DNA of 62,391 bases, counting the filler. It is 14 parts of 14 records of this genome, joined end to end, with 100 filler letters (N's around TTAATTAATTAA, not from the genome) between each part and the next. Parts side by side here need not be neighbours in the genome. Positions count along the whole stretch, not along the records: positions 36,206 to 41,802 come from SRR15195285_15450; positions 41,903 to 44,914 come from SRR15195285_15452; positions 45,015 to 49,569 come from SRR15195285_15474; 11 more parts are not named here. The stretch is one strand, 5' to 3'. Shown one piece after another: positions 36,540 to 49,569 of this stretch (within the stretch, counting starts at the first letter, position 1; each line of letters starts with the position of its first letter). The notes under the pieces were generated by a model. The model did not search any database, had not been told where the DNA came from, and saw only the letters and a program-made list of their open reading frames with translations. Made by a program: the position numbers and the translations under genes.

Positions 36540-39046
36540 ATGGGTCGCGCTGGCACCACGCTGAAGCTGCTGAAAGTGGCTGGGCCAGTCGGCGTGGCCC
36601 TGGGCGGAGCCGGGCTGTACTGCTGCAACTCGCTGGACGAAGGAACCCGCAGAGCCCTGTCCATGTATGCTGCTTTTGGTGTGCACGCGTCGACCGTTTA
36701 CCGCACACGAGTGCCTCTGCCTGCTCCTTCTGCCGCCGCGCTCACGTAGTCGGCGCGGCTCAGGTCCGATCGTGGCGCATTATCGCTGGGTGGAAGCCAA
36801 GCACTCGTGGCTGAGCGTTAGTGATGACGCTGCTCGCGCCGAATGGGCTGCGTTGGACCATCGGTATGCCGTGCCGACAGTCAAGAAACTAGGCGAGCTG
36901 CAAGGCATGTACGTCAAGTACGGCCAAACTCTGGCTGGGTTGACTAACACCTTCTCTCTCGCCTGGATCAACGAGTTTCGCAAGCTGGAGGACCAGGTAT
37001 GTGTGCAATCTTTGACGAATCTAGCGTTTTGTCCCGTTTGACGTTGCTGTCCATCCGTGTAGGTCCCGGCGCGTTCGTTTGCTGTGGTCGCGCAGACTAT
37101 TGTGCAGCAGACAGGCCGTCCCGTGCAAGAAACTTTCAGCGAAATCGACCCAGTGCCGCTTGGTTCTGCTTCCATTGGACAGGTTCATCGGGCTCGTCTG
37201 AAGAGCAGTGGGCAAGAAGTGGCAGTGAAAGTGCAATATCCTGAGGTTCAGGTCCGTTGTGTGGTTGCGTGAGAACTGGAGAACCACAGAACAAAATTGG
37301 CAGCACATGTATTAACATGTTCGCAATGTTGGGCTCGGTTTTGCAGGAACTGTTTCTCGATGATATGATCGCTATTCGGCGACTTGTAGCATTTGCCAGC
37401 CCAAAACATCTCTTTACGCTGGGCCAGCTTGAGAAGCAGCTGGAAACGGAGTGTGACTACAGAGTTGAGGCTGCAGCGCTCCATGAGGTGGCTGATAACA
37501 TGACCGTGCATGGGTTGATGCCGAGGGAGGTCGTCGTGCCGCGCCCAGTGCAGGAACTGACAACAGGTCGCATGCTTGTGATGGAGCTTTTGGATGGGCT
37601 GAAACTGACCGAAGCCACTCGGAGGACAGTGGCGGCACAGGTACAAGTGGAGAGCAATACAGTCGCGGACAACAAGTCAGAGCCTGCCAGTCAGAAACAG
37701 GCACCTTCTCCATTCGCAGTAGGGGATGCATTGATGTCAACCTACAGAACACTGGTGTGGCTGCTCCGATGTTGTACCGGCAGTGTGTCATACGGAGACG
37801 GTACTGGGAGCGACACAGCAGCAGCAGCAGCCAACGTTGCGCGCATGGTGGACATCCTGATGCGTGTGCATGGTGCACAGCTCTTGCGTGATGGTTTGTT
37901 CAATGCAGACCCGAACGGTGGGAACTTTCTCTTGCTGCGTGACGGTCGGATTGGTCTACTCGATTTTGGGGCAACGAAACGCTTAACGCGGGAGGAGAGG
38001 CTGCTTGGCGCTGTAAGTGCGCAGGCTCAATCTGGTTGAATGGTCCCCACTGTAGTCTCTGTAGTCTCTGCCAACTCTTTTTGGACACTACATGCATTGT
38101 TTTGATATCCGTTGTCTCACTGACGTGTTGTCTCGATTGTGTGCATGTGTATGACTGTGGGATGGTGCTGACAACTCGAAAACCTCAGTTGACATATGCT
38201 GCGCTAGGTCGCGCAGATGCAGACATGCTGAAGGCAATATGCGACTTTAGCGGCTATAAGTCTAAGTATGGCAAGAAGGAGATCATGCACCAGATGATGC
38301 AGTTCGGCTACGATAGCTTCGGGCCGGAAGTTCTCGGCGACAAGAACGTCATGCAGGTATGTGAACGCTTATGTAGTGGCTATCTACCCTCGATCAGTCA
38401 TGCTGCCCACTATTCGCAGCAGCTGCTGCAAAAGATAGTATGCAGGTGCCATGAATGTCGTGCAAGTGCTATAATACTGGTTCTTGGTGACATGAAACTA
38501 AATTGTCGACCGATCCAACCCATTTGTGCCGTGCAGTTCTCCGATGAAATGGCAATGGAGGACCCGTGGGTAGGTCAAGTCACCCTCATACTGTCGCCTA
38601 GTTTGTTGTCGAGGGCCATCATAGTACAATCAAATCACTGCTAATGTCGTTGCTACCATAGCTAGCTGTCTAGATAATTATGTATTGCAACTGCGGGACC
38701 ACGCGATCAGCATGGCCGCACTGAAAGTTGCCATCGTCCGCTGCTGCAGGAGGAGATGCCAGACAATTTTGTCATGGCGCAATTTCTCTCCATCCGGCTC
38801 CGAGCGCTAGCGCTCGCAGTGGGGCAACCAATAGTGTGCTCGGTCTGGTGGGGTCCGATGGCCGAAGAGGTGCTTGCTCAGGAGGGTCTGAGTTATGAGC
38901 AATGGCAGAAGTTCGGAAAACGTGAGTCCAAGCACTCACACCACATAACTCAATCTCGCGTGCTACTGATTGTAAGAGTGGCTGTGGATGTGCTGCTGCT
39001 GCAGAAGGCGGCGAGTGGATGTTGCTTTCGGAAACGTGCAAAGTGA
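36540..39046 (+). CDS. ABC1/ADCK (UbiB) atypical kinase; exons 36540..36678,36764..36996,37063..37251,37347..38012,38189..38356,38537..38569,38750..~39046 (3' end uncertain)
   Basis: LQGMYVKYGQ (KxGQ), LEDQVPA, PLGSASIGQVHRARL, VAVKVQYP, DYRVEA and FNADPNGGNFLL...IGLLDFG. Canonical GT-AG introns. Confidence 0.9.
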
Positions 39047-39706
39047 TGGCCCCCCGAATACAGAAACGCTCGCAGGTCCTAGCTGTTCATTAGTGGCTTT
39101 GCCAATATCTGAACAAGTCTGGCGCTCCATTGATTTCGACACTACGATAGAAAGCTCCGTGGCGGTGGCACCTGACTACCAACCTCAAAGACCGTCGACC
39201 GATGCAATGTTGCCAATATGGCAACTGCCATTGTGCTGCTGCACCTGCGGCCGCAGGCTGGGCGCTCACAACCATCTGAAGGGCCTTATGCCGAGTGACA
39301 AAATCCTTGGATTCATCAATGCAAAACGTTGGCCGCTGCGGACTGCCATCTTCACCTCGTGAAATTAGAGTATCACGAAGCACCTAAAAGTCATGTGCCA
39401 TAGAGCGCGCCGATCGATAAGTGATCATGCTGATATCACATACATTACGCATACATGATTATCACGTCACACAAATGATGACCCAATGCATACTATTGCT
39501 CGATCCATACCATGTTTGCATTAGGGTGCGAAGGTGCCGAGGGTAAGAGAGGCCCCGAGCCTGTGGTCGTCCTCCACGAGTCTTGCAGCCCCGTCGCACA
39601 CCTTCCACGCGAAAAAATACTTTATCTTCACGATATCGTGTCGCCGTGGCTGTCGTGATGGTGGTGGTGCTGGTGGTGGTAGTCAAGGCTGAGCTTGAGA
39701 CTACTG

Positions 39707-40018
39707 CTAGTCTAGGCCGAGCTTCGCTAGAGACGGGTGAGGGCGCGAGCGCAAAATCTCGAAGCTATCGAGGACCTCGCCTGTTGCACTCTCTCGGTAC
39801 ACGAAAGACAAACGCCCACGCCCCTCCGCACGTACCTCCCCAAACCCAAACTGGAGAGGCCCACCGCGCAGGCCTACACTCCAGGATGGCCGAGGCTCGA
39901 GCCAGCCAGCTTCTACTTCCTTGTTGCCCGCCGAACCAGTGTTCACGAAAATCGTATGGGCCGGGTCGAGGTAGCTTTCGCTCGATTCACTCTGATTTTC
40001 ATATGTCGAGTACCCGAT
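39707..40018 (-). pseudogene. Orphan terminal exon of a purple acid phosphatase (Metallophos_C-like)
   Basis: After a TAG acceptor (40019-40021): ...SYLDPAHTIFVNTGSAGNKE...PRPSWSV...FGFGEV...LSFVYRESATGEVLDSFEILR*, the typical PAP C-terminus. No catalytic exons are visible upstream. Confidence 0.6.
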
Positions 40019-40378
40019 CTACGAGTACCAAACGAGGTAGCCCAAACCAGCCCTAACCAGCCCTAACAACTGGTACTACTAGGACTATAGTAGTATCGAC
40101 AGTATGTACTACTATTCATGTAAAACAGGGGCAGCACGGGACCGGTATTGTCGGCCTTCCCCGCCGCCTAAGTTAAGCTTTATTGTGAGGACATATTTTG
40201 TTCTTTTTACTAGTATCTTTAGTTTATAATGTAAAATTATGGTAGTTCACGGCACATGTGCACGATGTACGGTAGATCGAACGGTCGACAAATCATCCGG
40301 CGTCCGTGACGGAAGCGCGTCCGCCGCCAACGGCCTGTGTCTGTGAGGGGTTCGGCGGCCCCGACTGCGGCGGCGCTG

Positions 40379-41802
40379 ATGGCATCTAGTGGGTACGTTC
40401 ACGTGCCACTCAACCCCTCCGGCGCGCACCAGGTCGGGTACGGCCGGAACACTGCCTGCGTGCGCGATCCGTACTACCACCTGTCGAAGGACAGGAGCTA
40501 CGTGACGTATCCAGACGCGCAGGACACGGCCGACCGTCTGCGTGCGATTCGTTCAGTGGCTGAGGATGTTAAGAAAACAACCAAGACGACGTGGCCGTTT
40601 TACCCGAAGCCGAGCGCTGCGCCAGCCTCGGTGGCCTACGTCTCTTCTATTGGAGGGGCGTACGCCAGCGCGACCCCAGGAGTAGTGATGCACCCATGTC
40701 CACACCCGCACCTGTACACGCAAGGCTGCGCTCCGCACGCGGCTGCGGCACACCCAGTCCATCCGCAGCATATTCCGCCATATTCGACTCCAATCACCTG
40801 GGTTGCATCGCGCCGTCTGTCGGCCGACGATCCAGAGCGTTTGTTGCAGTTCTGGGAGAACTCGCGACACACGGCGGCCGCGCGCCTGGCGGAAGCCAAT
40901 GAGAAGGCCACCGCGCGTGCGGCGGCGGGGCTGCCAGATCGCGTCCACTCAAGCATGTGGCATCAACATAGCACTGCGGAACAAACGTGTACAAATTCAC
41001 CACCAGCGGGGACCGAAACCCTTCCTGAGCCTGAGTCAAGGCAGGAGCTGCAGCCGGAGCCGGAGCCGGAGCCAGAGCTGAAGGGTGGGGCAGCAGGTGA
41101 GGGAAACACGCGAGGGCACGGCGGAGATGCGCCGACGGACTGGCAGAGCCGGTCGGCGCAGCTGCACTACTCTGAGGAGCAGAAGAACGTGCTGCTAGAG
41201 CAGGCAGCGCATGCGGCCAGTCCGATTGTCGACACAACTGCTGCGCATGAGACAGCCCTTGCAATCGAGGCGGCAGGGGGCATCCGCCAGGCATGGAAAG
41301 GTTTGCTCAGCAAGCCGCAGTTCAGGAGTCTAATGGCCGAGGCCAGGTCGAGGCCTGCCCCGGAACCTTCGGAGCCTGCTGTGGACCTGGACGCCGACTC
41401 GCTGGAACCATCGGCGGTGGGTGCAGCGACGGCTGCGGGAACCAGGTCGCGGCATACAGGTGGCCTTCGTGACGAGCTCTCGTCGCTGGCAGCTTGCACA
41501 GGTGTGGCAGCACCGCCCCCTGGCTGGTCAGGGTGGCAGCACGAGCGGCAGCAGCTCTCACTATCATCCCCTACATTTATGGTTCTGTCCTACATCTTCC
41601 CGGAAGACACGGTCCAAGTGCTGTATGTCTCTGGGGAAGAGGAGCGCGTGGCGTGGTCTGTGCCATGGAAGTCCGTCAGAGCTAAGCGCACCATGACAGG
41701 CGCAGTGTCGCTGCTGCGCAAGCCTGATGGAGCGTACATGGCGGGCGTCGACAAACTGCAGTGGATTGCGTTGCAGAAGGTCCGAGAGCGCGCGAAGGCA
41801 TC
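40379..41802 (+). CDS. Hypothetical protein (3' partial) with a PEPEPE tract
   Basis: Long ORF from ATG 40379 to the contig end, preceded by an AT-rich promoter-like region. No family recognised. Confidence 0.6.
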
Positions 41803-41902
41803 NNNNNNNNNNNNNNNNNNNNNNNNNNNNNNNNNNNNNNNNNNNNTTAATTAATTAANNNNNNNNNNNNNNNNNNNNNNNNNNNNNNNNNNNNNNNNNN
41901 NN

Positions 41903-44900
41903 ACTCTCTACTGCTCGCATCCACCCTTCTCCTATACCGGCAGCCACAGCTGGCGCATGGCGGCGGTGACCCCCAGTCCAGCCGTGGCAGTAATAAGGCG
42001 GCAGCGGTGGCTGCAGCCGTGGCCGAGAACTCACCGCCGGAAGTTCAGCCGCAGATCCTTCGATCGCTGCGCTGGTGAGCCGCTGCAGTCGCGCTCCCAT
42101 GCAGTTGACTGGGGAGAGAGGTCGCCCACTGGAGGAGAGAGCGATCAAGCAGATCCACGGTAGCTTTGGCCCAGACTCTCTGCCGCTCACTCACTCTTGA
42201 TTTCCCGCTGCTTTCGCTGTCATGCGTGTGTAGGTGGGACGAGACGCTCTCCGAGAAGCCCTCCGCCGACGGGCTGCGGGAGCGCTGTGGATTGCTCGGG
42301 ATGGCGAATGACGTACTTATTCCCCTGCATACATACATCTCAGCATCTCGTCTCTTCTTCTTGACTGCATGCTTAGTTTTGCATAGCACTCTTGCATTGC
42401 GTGTGATTTGGACTACTGCTCAAGACTGGCACTTGGCACGGAGCAGGTACAGGCGGAGTTGAACTGCTGGAAGCTTGGGTTGCAGCACCACGCAGCCGAG
42501 CTAGACAACGCCCGTACGCTGCACAGTCCTTCCAGCGTAACTGATCTTCTTTGCCTGACACCGCACTGTGGGTGGTGCCAGACACGCACAGCGCTATCGC
42601 GATGTGCCACCGACGGCTCGGCCAGCACAAGTTGGCCGCGCAGGCCTTCACTGCCGCTTTGCAGCACGAGCCTCGGCGGCCGGACCTGCTTCTCCAGCTT
42701 GGCCTAACGCATCAGGTCTCTGGTGCGCAGAATTGACTTGTTTGGGCAACGATCAGCCTGATTCATTGGAATTATGTACACTGTTTCGACCACTGCTTCA
42801 GGTTGTTGTTGTTTGTTGTGGACTGAATGTATGTTTCGAGCACTGATCCATTGTTGTACTGCTTTGACATTGGGACGGCAGGTGGCTCAGTGGCCGCTGC
42901 ACGCCGCAGATTCCAAGAGGCGATCGACATGGCGGCCGATCCCCAGGTTCAGCTATCCCAGCAGCAGTTGGAACTGTCTTGCATTGGAATCCTGTGCTAT
43001 GCTCAAGGGCACTGCTGTGTTCAAGCTCATCTTACAGTGCGTTCTGTGCTGTGTGCATACACAGGAAGCACCGTCTTTGTTGGCGGCGCTAGCATCTGCG
43101 GATGTTCGTCTCGGGGATCTAAGAGCGGCTGCCGACAGCTATCATCGCGCAACTGGCGATGTCACGGTACTTGCCATGACAGTTTCTAGTGCTTTGTCAA
43201 TGTTTGGAACCTCGAGTGGCAGTGCGCACGCCGACTGTCGTTGTGGAGCAGGTTGGGAACCCCATGCAGTGGCGCGGATCAGGACGGCCCGGTTTTGCCG
43301 ACAGCTTAGCGTTGCTCGGAGGTGGTTGGATGCTTCCGCAAGGTACCGTTTACCTGCATCGACACGTTGAGAACATTCATGAAATAGTACTAGCTGGTTT
43401 GCTTCTGCTACGAGATTCAAGCTCCTTGCAAAATTCGTTCGAATGATTGGTTCTAAGGTTTGCATCTGCTGGAACAGGAGCTACACAGAGTGGCATAGAT
43501 CCAGCTGCCTACCCGTCGGTGTCCGACCTATTGACAGAGAGTGGCCAGTTAAGCAAACCCGCCTTGAGCGACGCGCAATGGTCGTGGCTGCAGCTGCATA
43601 AAAATGCTGCTGTCGAGAAATGGCGCGCGCGGCAACATCCAGAACGCTGCGATAGTGCGGAAGTGCTAGTGGTGGAGCTGGCTGGGATGGTGCACGGTCT
43701 CGGGTCGCAGGTACACATCGATGTTGTCACCATTGCCATAGTCAGCATTGAGATCGGATTGGATACCTATGGTGCTTGTTTTGCTGATCTTTAATCCTCA
43801 CATGTGCGCAGATCCACTTGCTTTCGCTTGCTGCGAGCTATGCTGAAGAGCACAGTCGGGCACTGCTTGTACTCCCAGACGATGAATGGTGTGTTGCACT
43901 GTGCTGTGGCTATGTTTCTGGACACCGGAAAACCGCGCTTACAGATGCTGAGATCTACCAACACGCCGTGCTGCTGCCAGGTGGTTTACGGACGCATCGG
44001 ATTGCCCGTCACGCTCCTGGTCATGCCACTTCAAATCCCTGTCTTCTTGCTCTGCCGATATTGATGACTTGGGAGAGCACTATGACCCTGCCACCGCTGT
44101 GCGGCTTGGCAGTGAAGAGCACGCCCGGCAAGTTTTTGTTTTCATTTGACTGTTTCTCAAGTCAGGTTCTCTGCGAGTACACGTAACCCGCCATCCTCAT
44201 GTGCACAGATTGCGCAGGAGGGCTGCCAGCAATCATCCAAAAGAGAGGCTGCGCATATTACACGCCGGTATACCACTGCACCAGCCACACTCTTGCATTG
44301 GCCAATGTGGTGCAGCGAATGTGAATCCAAATATGCCAGACTTAGAGACGTGTATTGCTACGTGCGTTTGGCCAGGGTACGGCGAGCTACGTCAGGAGCT
44401 GGACGTGTCCGTGCACCGAAACCGCCGACCGCATGGGTGGGCTGAGCAAGGCATCCCGCTAATCTGGTGGCGTTCGGTAGTGGTGAGACGGCGGTGATTG
44501 AAATACGCATACAGGCAACAACTTGCCACATGCTAACGGGACTGCTTGTGTGTGCTGCACAACGCCCACAGGTTTCTGAACTCATGAAGCCAAAACGCGA
44601 GGTATGCTGTTCGCCTCGTCTTCAAACGTCTTGCATTGCGCTCAGATGTTTTGCTGCATCCGAACGCTTGATTATGTGGCGCGCATGCTCAGGTCATTGA
44701 TGGTGCGGTGACGCTGGCTAGAGATGCCGGTTGGACTCTTGGCCAGCATTTTGATGAGACCGGCGAGGAGGCGAGTCTTGTGTCCCTGTGAACACGCTGT
44801 ACTCGTATTGATTAGTAGAGCTTTAAGTGATGCTCCGCGGTGTTGCAGGAGTCTGTGGCTGTGATCGGTCTGCATGTGCGCCGTGGAGAAGGGTGGATGC

Positions 44901-44914
44901 GAGCAGTAGAGAGT
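41903..44914. repeat. Perfect 30-bp inverted repeat at both ends of contig 10 (41903-41932 and 44885-44914)
   Basis: ACTCTCTACTGCTCGCATCCACCCTTCTCC is the exact reverse complement of GGAGAAGGGTGGATGCGAGCAGTAGAGAGT. Confidence 0.95.
41957..44914 (+). CDS. Multi-exon TPR plus GT23 (FUT8-like alpha-1,6-fucosyltransferase) gene, 3' partial; start and 5' exons uncertain
   Basis: TPR exon THSAIAMCHRRLGQHKLAAQAFTAALQHEP. GT23-like exons QHPERCDSAEVLVV...HGLGSQ|IHLL, WWFTDASDCPSRSWSCHFKSLSSC, WWRSVVVSELMKP and IGLHVRRG. Confidence 0.75.
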
Positions 44915-45014
44915 NNNNNNNNNNNNNNNNNNNNNNNNNNNNNNNNNNNNNNNNNNNNTTAATTAATTAANNNNNNNNNNNNNNNNNNNNNNNNNNNNNN
45001 NNNNNNNNNNNNNN

Positions 45015-48000
45015 GATCGCCGCGAAGCGTTGCGAGATGCAGCTGTTGCTGACATGGAAGCCGCCATTGCATCTGATGATTTCAAGCAGGTTTCGCTGTC
45101 TCTGAAAAAGTACAGCGCTTTTGCTGATGAAGTCCCAGTCCAGTTTGAGAATCTTAGGCAGACCTACGAGGATATCATCGAAATTGCTAAGGCCAACGCA
45201 CGTGACCTGCTGTCTGCCACCGACCCACGGGAAATCGACGCGCAGATTGAGAGCTTCGAATACTACGGTGAGGTGTTGGCAGCCGAGCGACAAGCCCTCA
45301 ATGAGGCACGCTTTGACATCGTGCAAGGGATCAAAAAGGAACTGCTTGGCACAACGGACGAGTCTATCGAAGAGATTGAGCGTGTCCTTGAGAAGTATGC
45401 TGATTTTTCCGCCGAGGACATTGGTCGTGAAAGACGACGGCTTGAGGCAGCCCTGCAAGCAAAGCTTGCGCTGATGGAAGAGAAAATGGGCCAGCTGCGG
45501 CGGTCACGGGATATCAGCGCTGTCGACCACGCGTTTGCCGAGTTTTCGCCATACGAATCTCGGCTGGAAGATTCGTTCCTTGAGTTGCGCCGCCATCGTG
45601 AACGACTGATTGAGCGCATCTGTGAGAATCTCATGTCGGCCGTCGACTGGGACGACCCAAAGCGAATCATGGAGGTCCTAGAAGAGTCGAAGCCGTTCGA
45701 AAAAGAGGTTGAAAAAGAAAGAAACGTACTTCGCGAGCGCTACGAAACGTTGATGCGACGCGTCAGCGACAAGCTCGAGCTGCTCCTGCAGTCGGACGAT
45801 TATCCTGCTGTGATGCTGGCGCTGAACCAACAAGATGGCCATGCAGAGGCACTGGCGTCAACTGTTCGAGCGCTGCAGGTGCATGCTACAGAGCTTGTAA
45901 ATCGGTGCAACACGGAGCTCAAAGAGGTTTGTGCTAGGACTGATTTGCCACAGGAGCAGCTCGTAGTTGAAATTTCTCGTGTGGTTGAGGCCAGTAGGGT
46001 TTTCAAGGACGAAGTCAAAGAACTGCGAGTGGAAGCTGAGATTAGGCTGGATGAACTTTATGAAATCGCGGCGACAGACATGGACAGCTGGTGCCATGAT
46101 ATGTCGGCTGCACCGTGGCTTTTGTCAGAAATTCTGCAAAAGTACCCAAGTTCGGCGTACCCAACTGACGAGCGCGTCGTCCGAGCGCGGAACGCACTGC
46201 AAGAAAAGTTGGCTGCAACAATTACGGCTCTGAGTGAAACGATGTACTCGATGGTATCCTCAACGAACGTTGCTGCCATTGATACCTTCTTGTTAACACA
46301 CAGAAAAGACAGCGAACTTGTTCCGGAAGCCTACAGAGAGTTGCAAACCCACAGGCAGAAGCTGACGACATCGCTTCACACCCGAATCAAAACTGGTCTG
46401 GCGGGCGGAGACATATGGGTTGTCTCGCGGTTGATTTCCGAAGCAGCAGACGCTGGGCTCGTCGAAGAAAAGGCTGCGTTAGAAGACAAACGAGGTTCGA
46501 TCATCGAGGGCGCCGCACGGACGCTGACTGAGCTCAAGTCGCTTGATGACTATCCTGAAATCGCAGCCGCGGTTAAGAAGTATAGTGAGTTTCCCCACGA
46601 TGTTGGCCAGGCCCTAGTCGATTTGCAAGAGCACGCGAGAAATCTTTTGAAAGAAGCTCGGACCTTCCTTCGAGAACGCGCCCAACGAGAAGTCGATCCA
46701 ACCATGCTGACAGAGATCATCGAGAAGTACGAGGTCTTTGGCGACGAGGTGGACGAACAGCTACATGCATGTCGAATCCGGAGGGTGAATTTGATTGAAG
46801 CTGCCCGACGTGAGTTGCAGTCGATGAAGTATCGGCAGGGTTTAACTATCGCAGATGCGGAACACGCGCTTGAAAAGTATGAAGCTTTCGGAGACACCGA
46901 ATTTAAAGCTGAGATGGATGGTCTGCATGAACGCATCACGCAGATGGTCACTAGTGTGGCCGATGCGGCTGCGCGTACGAAGTACAGTGACAACATTCAG
47001 ACAGTTGAGGCGGCCCTCCTCGAAAACGAACAACTCTTGTCGAAGTATATGCCGGATATTTTGGCCGACTTGCGCGGATTCAAGGCAGAAATGATTAGCA
47101 AAATGCGCATAGAAGTGGATGCGGCGATGGATTCTGAAGACCCTCGGATAATGAACGACCGCCTCACGAAACTGAACGAGCAAGGGTTCCAGGATGAGTG
47201 CAAGCCGGAGCTCGAAAATCTGGAGAACAAGATGAAAAGTGCGAACCAGTTGATCGAAGAAGAAATCAAGCTGATGATGCAGAGTGAGGACTATCCGGAT
47301 GTGCTCGCACTCATTGAGAAATATGAGAACAAGGGCTACAGTGACCATATCGATGTGTCAGTCGACGCGCTGAAGGCTCATCGTGATACTCTTCGCAGAA
47401 CAGCCGCTCGCCGGATTCGAGAAAAGACAGCAGCCGCAGAGAACCCTAAGGAACTGGCGGAAGTTATCGCCACGCACGCAGACTATCAGGAGGCTTGCAT
47501 GGAACAGCTGGCGGAGGCAGAAGCACGGCGGATGACACTTTTTCAGGATGCCAAGACAAAGATGCAGCTGCTCTTGCAGGACCCTCATGCTTCGATTGAG
47601 CAAATGACAAGGGTATACGAGATGTTCGCAGATTTTACATTCGAGGTGCGAAATGAAAGGACGAACCTGAAGCTGAAAATAGAAAGAGTGACAGCGGACA
47701 CTGAGAAACAGTTGCGAGACGCAACTGCGCTGAAGGATGTCGATGCAGTTGAAGCGTTGCTAGCAGCTCATGAAGTCTCTAAGGACGCTCTCGAACCGGC
47801 TTATGGTGCGCTCGTTCACCATCGGCTTGAGTTAACACGCCGACTTCAAGAGAAAATGGTTCAAGCAGCTTCGCAGGCCATAGACCCGTGGGAAATCGAT
47901 CGCTTGCTGCACGAGGCGGCTGCGCATGGAGAAGAAGTTGAGCAAGAGAAGACAGCCTTGCGGGCTCGCTATGAAGTTCTGATTGATCAGGCTATCGATG

Positions 48001-49569
48001 ACATGCATTCGCTAGTAGAGCAAGACGACAATTTTCAGGAGATCTTTGAGGCTGTGCAAAAGTATGAGCATTACCCACGAGTGTGTAGGTCAGCGTGGCA
48101 GGCTTTGCGCCAACATCAGAAGATCCTCATCAATGCCGCCAAGCAAGAACTGCAGAACGCCGCGAAGTCAGTCGACGTGGGATTTATCGCCCAAACGGTT
48201 GCGAAGTTCGACGACTACGGTGACGACATTGAAGTGCTAGCAGAGATTGCTAGGGAGCGAGAAAATTACCTGTATCAAGAAGCAGAAGATACCATGTCGA
48301 GGCTGTTGCACGCGGGCACTGATGGTGCGAGCAAGATGGCGTCGACACGTGAGATTTCTGAAGCACTTCAAAAGTACAGCGAGTACAAAAGTCCGCGTGT
48401 CGATGAAATGCGTAAAAAGCTGCACGATATTTTAGGCAAACAGCTACGCTCGGCGGATTTACAGCTCCGAGATGTGATGCGAACCGAAGACGTCCATGCC
48501 GTCGACGTGCTGTTGCGCCAGTATGCTGACCATGGACAAGAGCTTTCACATGTGGTTGGTGAAGTCAAAGCACACCGTGAGACTTTGAAGGTCAAAATGA
48601 AGCAGCAGCTCAGTATGGCAGCAGCTTCAGATGATCCACGGAAGTTGTGGGCAACAATTCAAGCTTCGAGGCAGTTCGGTGATGACCTTGCCGCGTCCCG
48701 CAGTGTTGTCACCCAGCGGTACTCGATGATAGTCGAGAACGTAATTCGGCACATCAAGACTTTGACGCGCAGCGAGGATTACTTGTCCGTTGTCAACGCG
48801 CTTGACAAGTATAAGGACTACCCTGCACAAGAGTTCAAGCTTTCTCTTGACTCTTTGCGGAACCACCACGAGGACCTGGTAGCTGCAGCCAAAGGAGAAC
48901 TTGGTCGCCTGACACGATCAGATAGTCCTTTGGAAATCGATTCGGCAATCACACGATACAGTACATATGGCCCAGAGATCTCGTCAGAGATGCAAACGCT
49001 TCGTGCTGCTCGTCGACAGCTGATTGAAGCAGCTCGCCGAGAAATGTCGACACTGGCAGCGACGAAGTCTTCAACGACGCCAGAAATTGAAGTTGCGCTT
49101 GAGAAGTACAGCAAGTATCCTGTTGAGCTCAACGACGTGCGCCGTGTGCTAATCGAGCGCTTGGAGTCCACTCGGACGGTCAAACAACAGTTGCTGAGCC
49201 ATCGGACCGCTGTGGACCCCGGCTTCATACTTCGCGAAGTGCAGAGGCACGACATGTATGGGCCAGCCGTGGAGGAGGAGCGCGCAGTTTTACAAAAGCG
49301 GGTAAATGAAATCACTGAGGCGGCGCGTATTGAGATGGAGAATCTTGTTCGTGATCCCCACGCAACGGTCATCACAATCGAGCGCGCCCTGGACAAATAT
49401 AGCAGCTACCCAGGCTCACTGGCTGACATTCGCGCTGCATTGTCAGCAAAGTTTGATCAAATGCTGAGTGGAATGCGCAAGGACGTGAACCGCACCGTCG
49501 GCGGGGCAGACATTCACAAGCTCAATAGCATGATGCAGGAATGCAATCCTTTCGGTCTCCAGCTTGTCG
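45015..49569 (+). CDS. Giant alpha-helical repeat protein (over 1,500 aa, open at both ends), about 31 units of ~49 aa
   Basis: Uninterrupted ORF spanning the whole contig, with a recurrent unit S.D...I..AL.KY..Y...V......L..H...L. Confidence 0.88.

Noticed and set aside
40040..40067. Telomere-like CCCTAA units
   Set aside because: Only two CCCTAA copies within a 10-bp tandem, internal to a contig; not a telomeric array.
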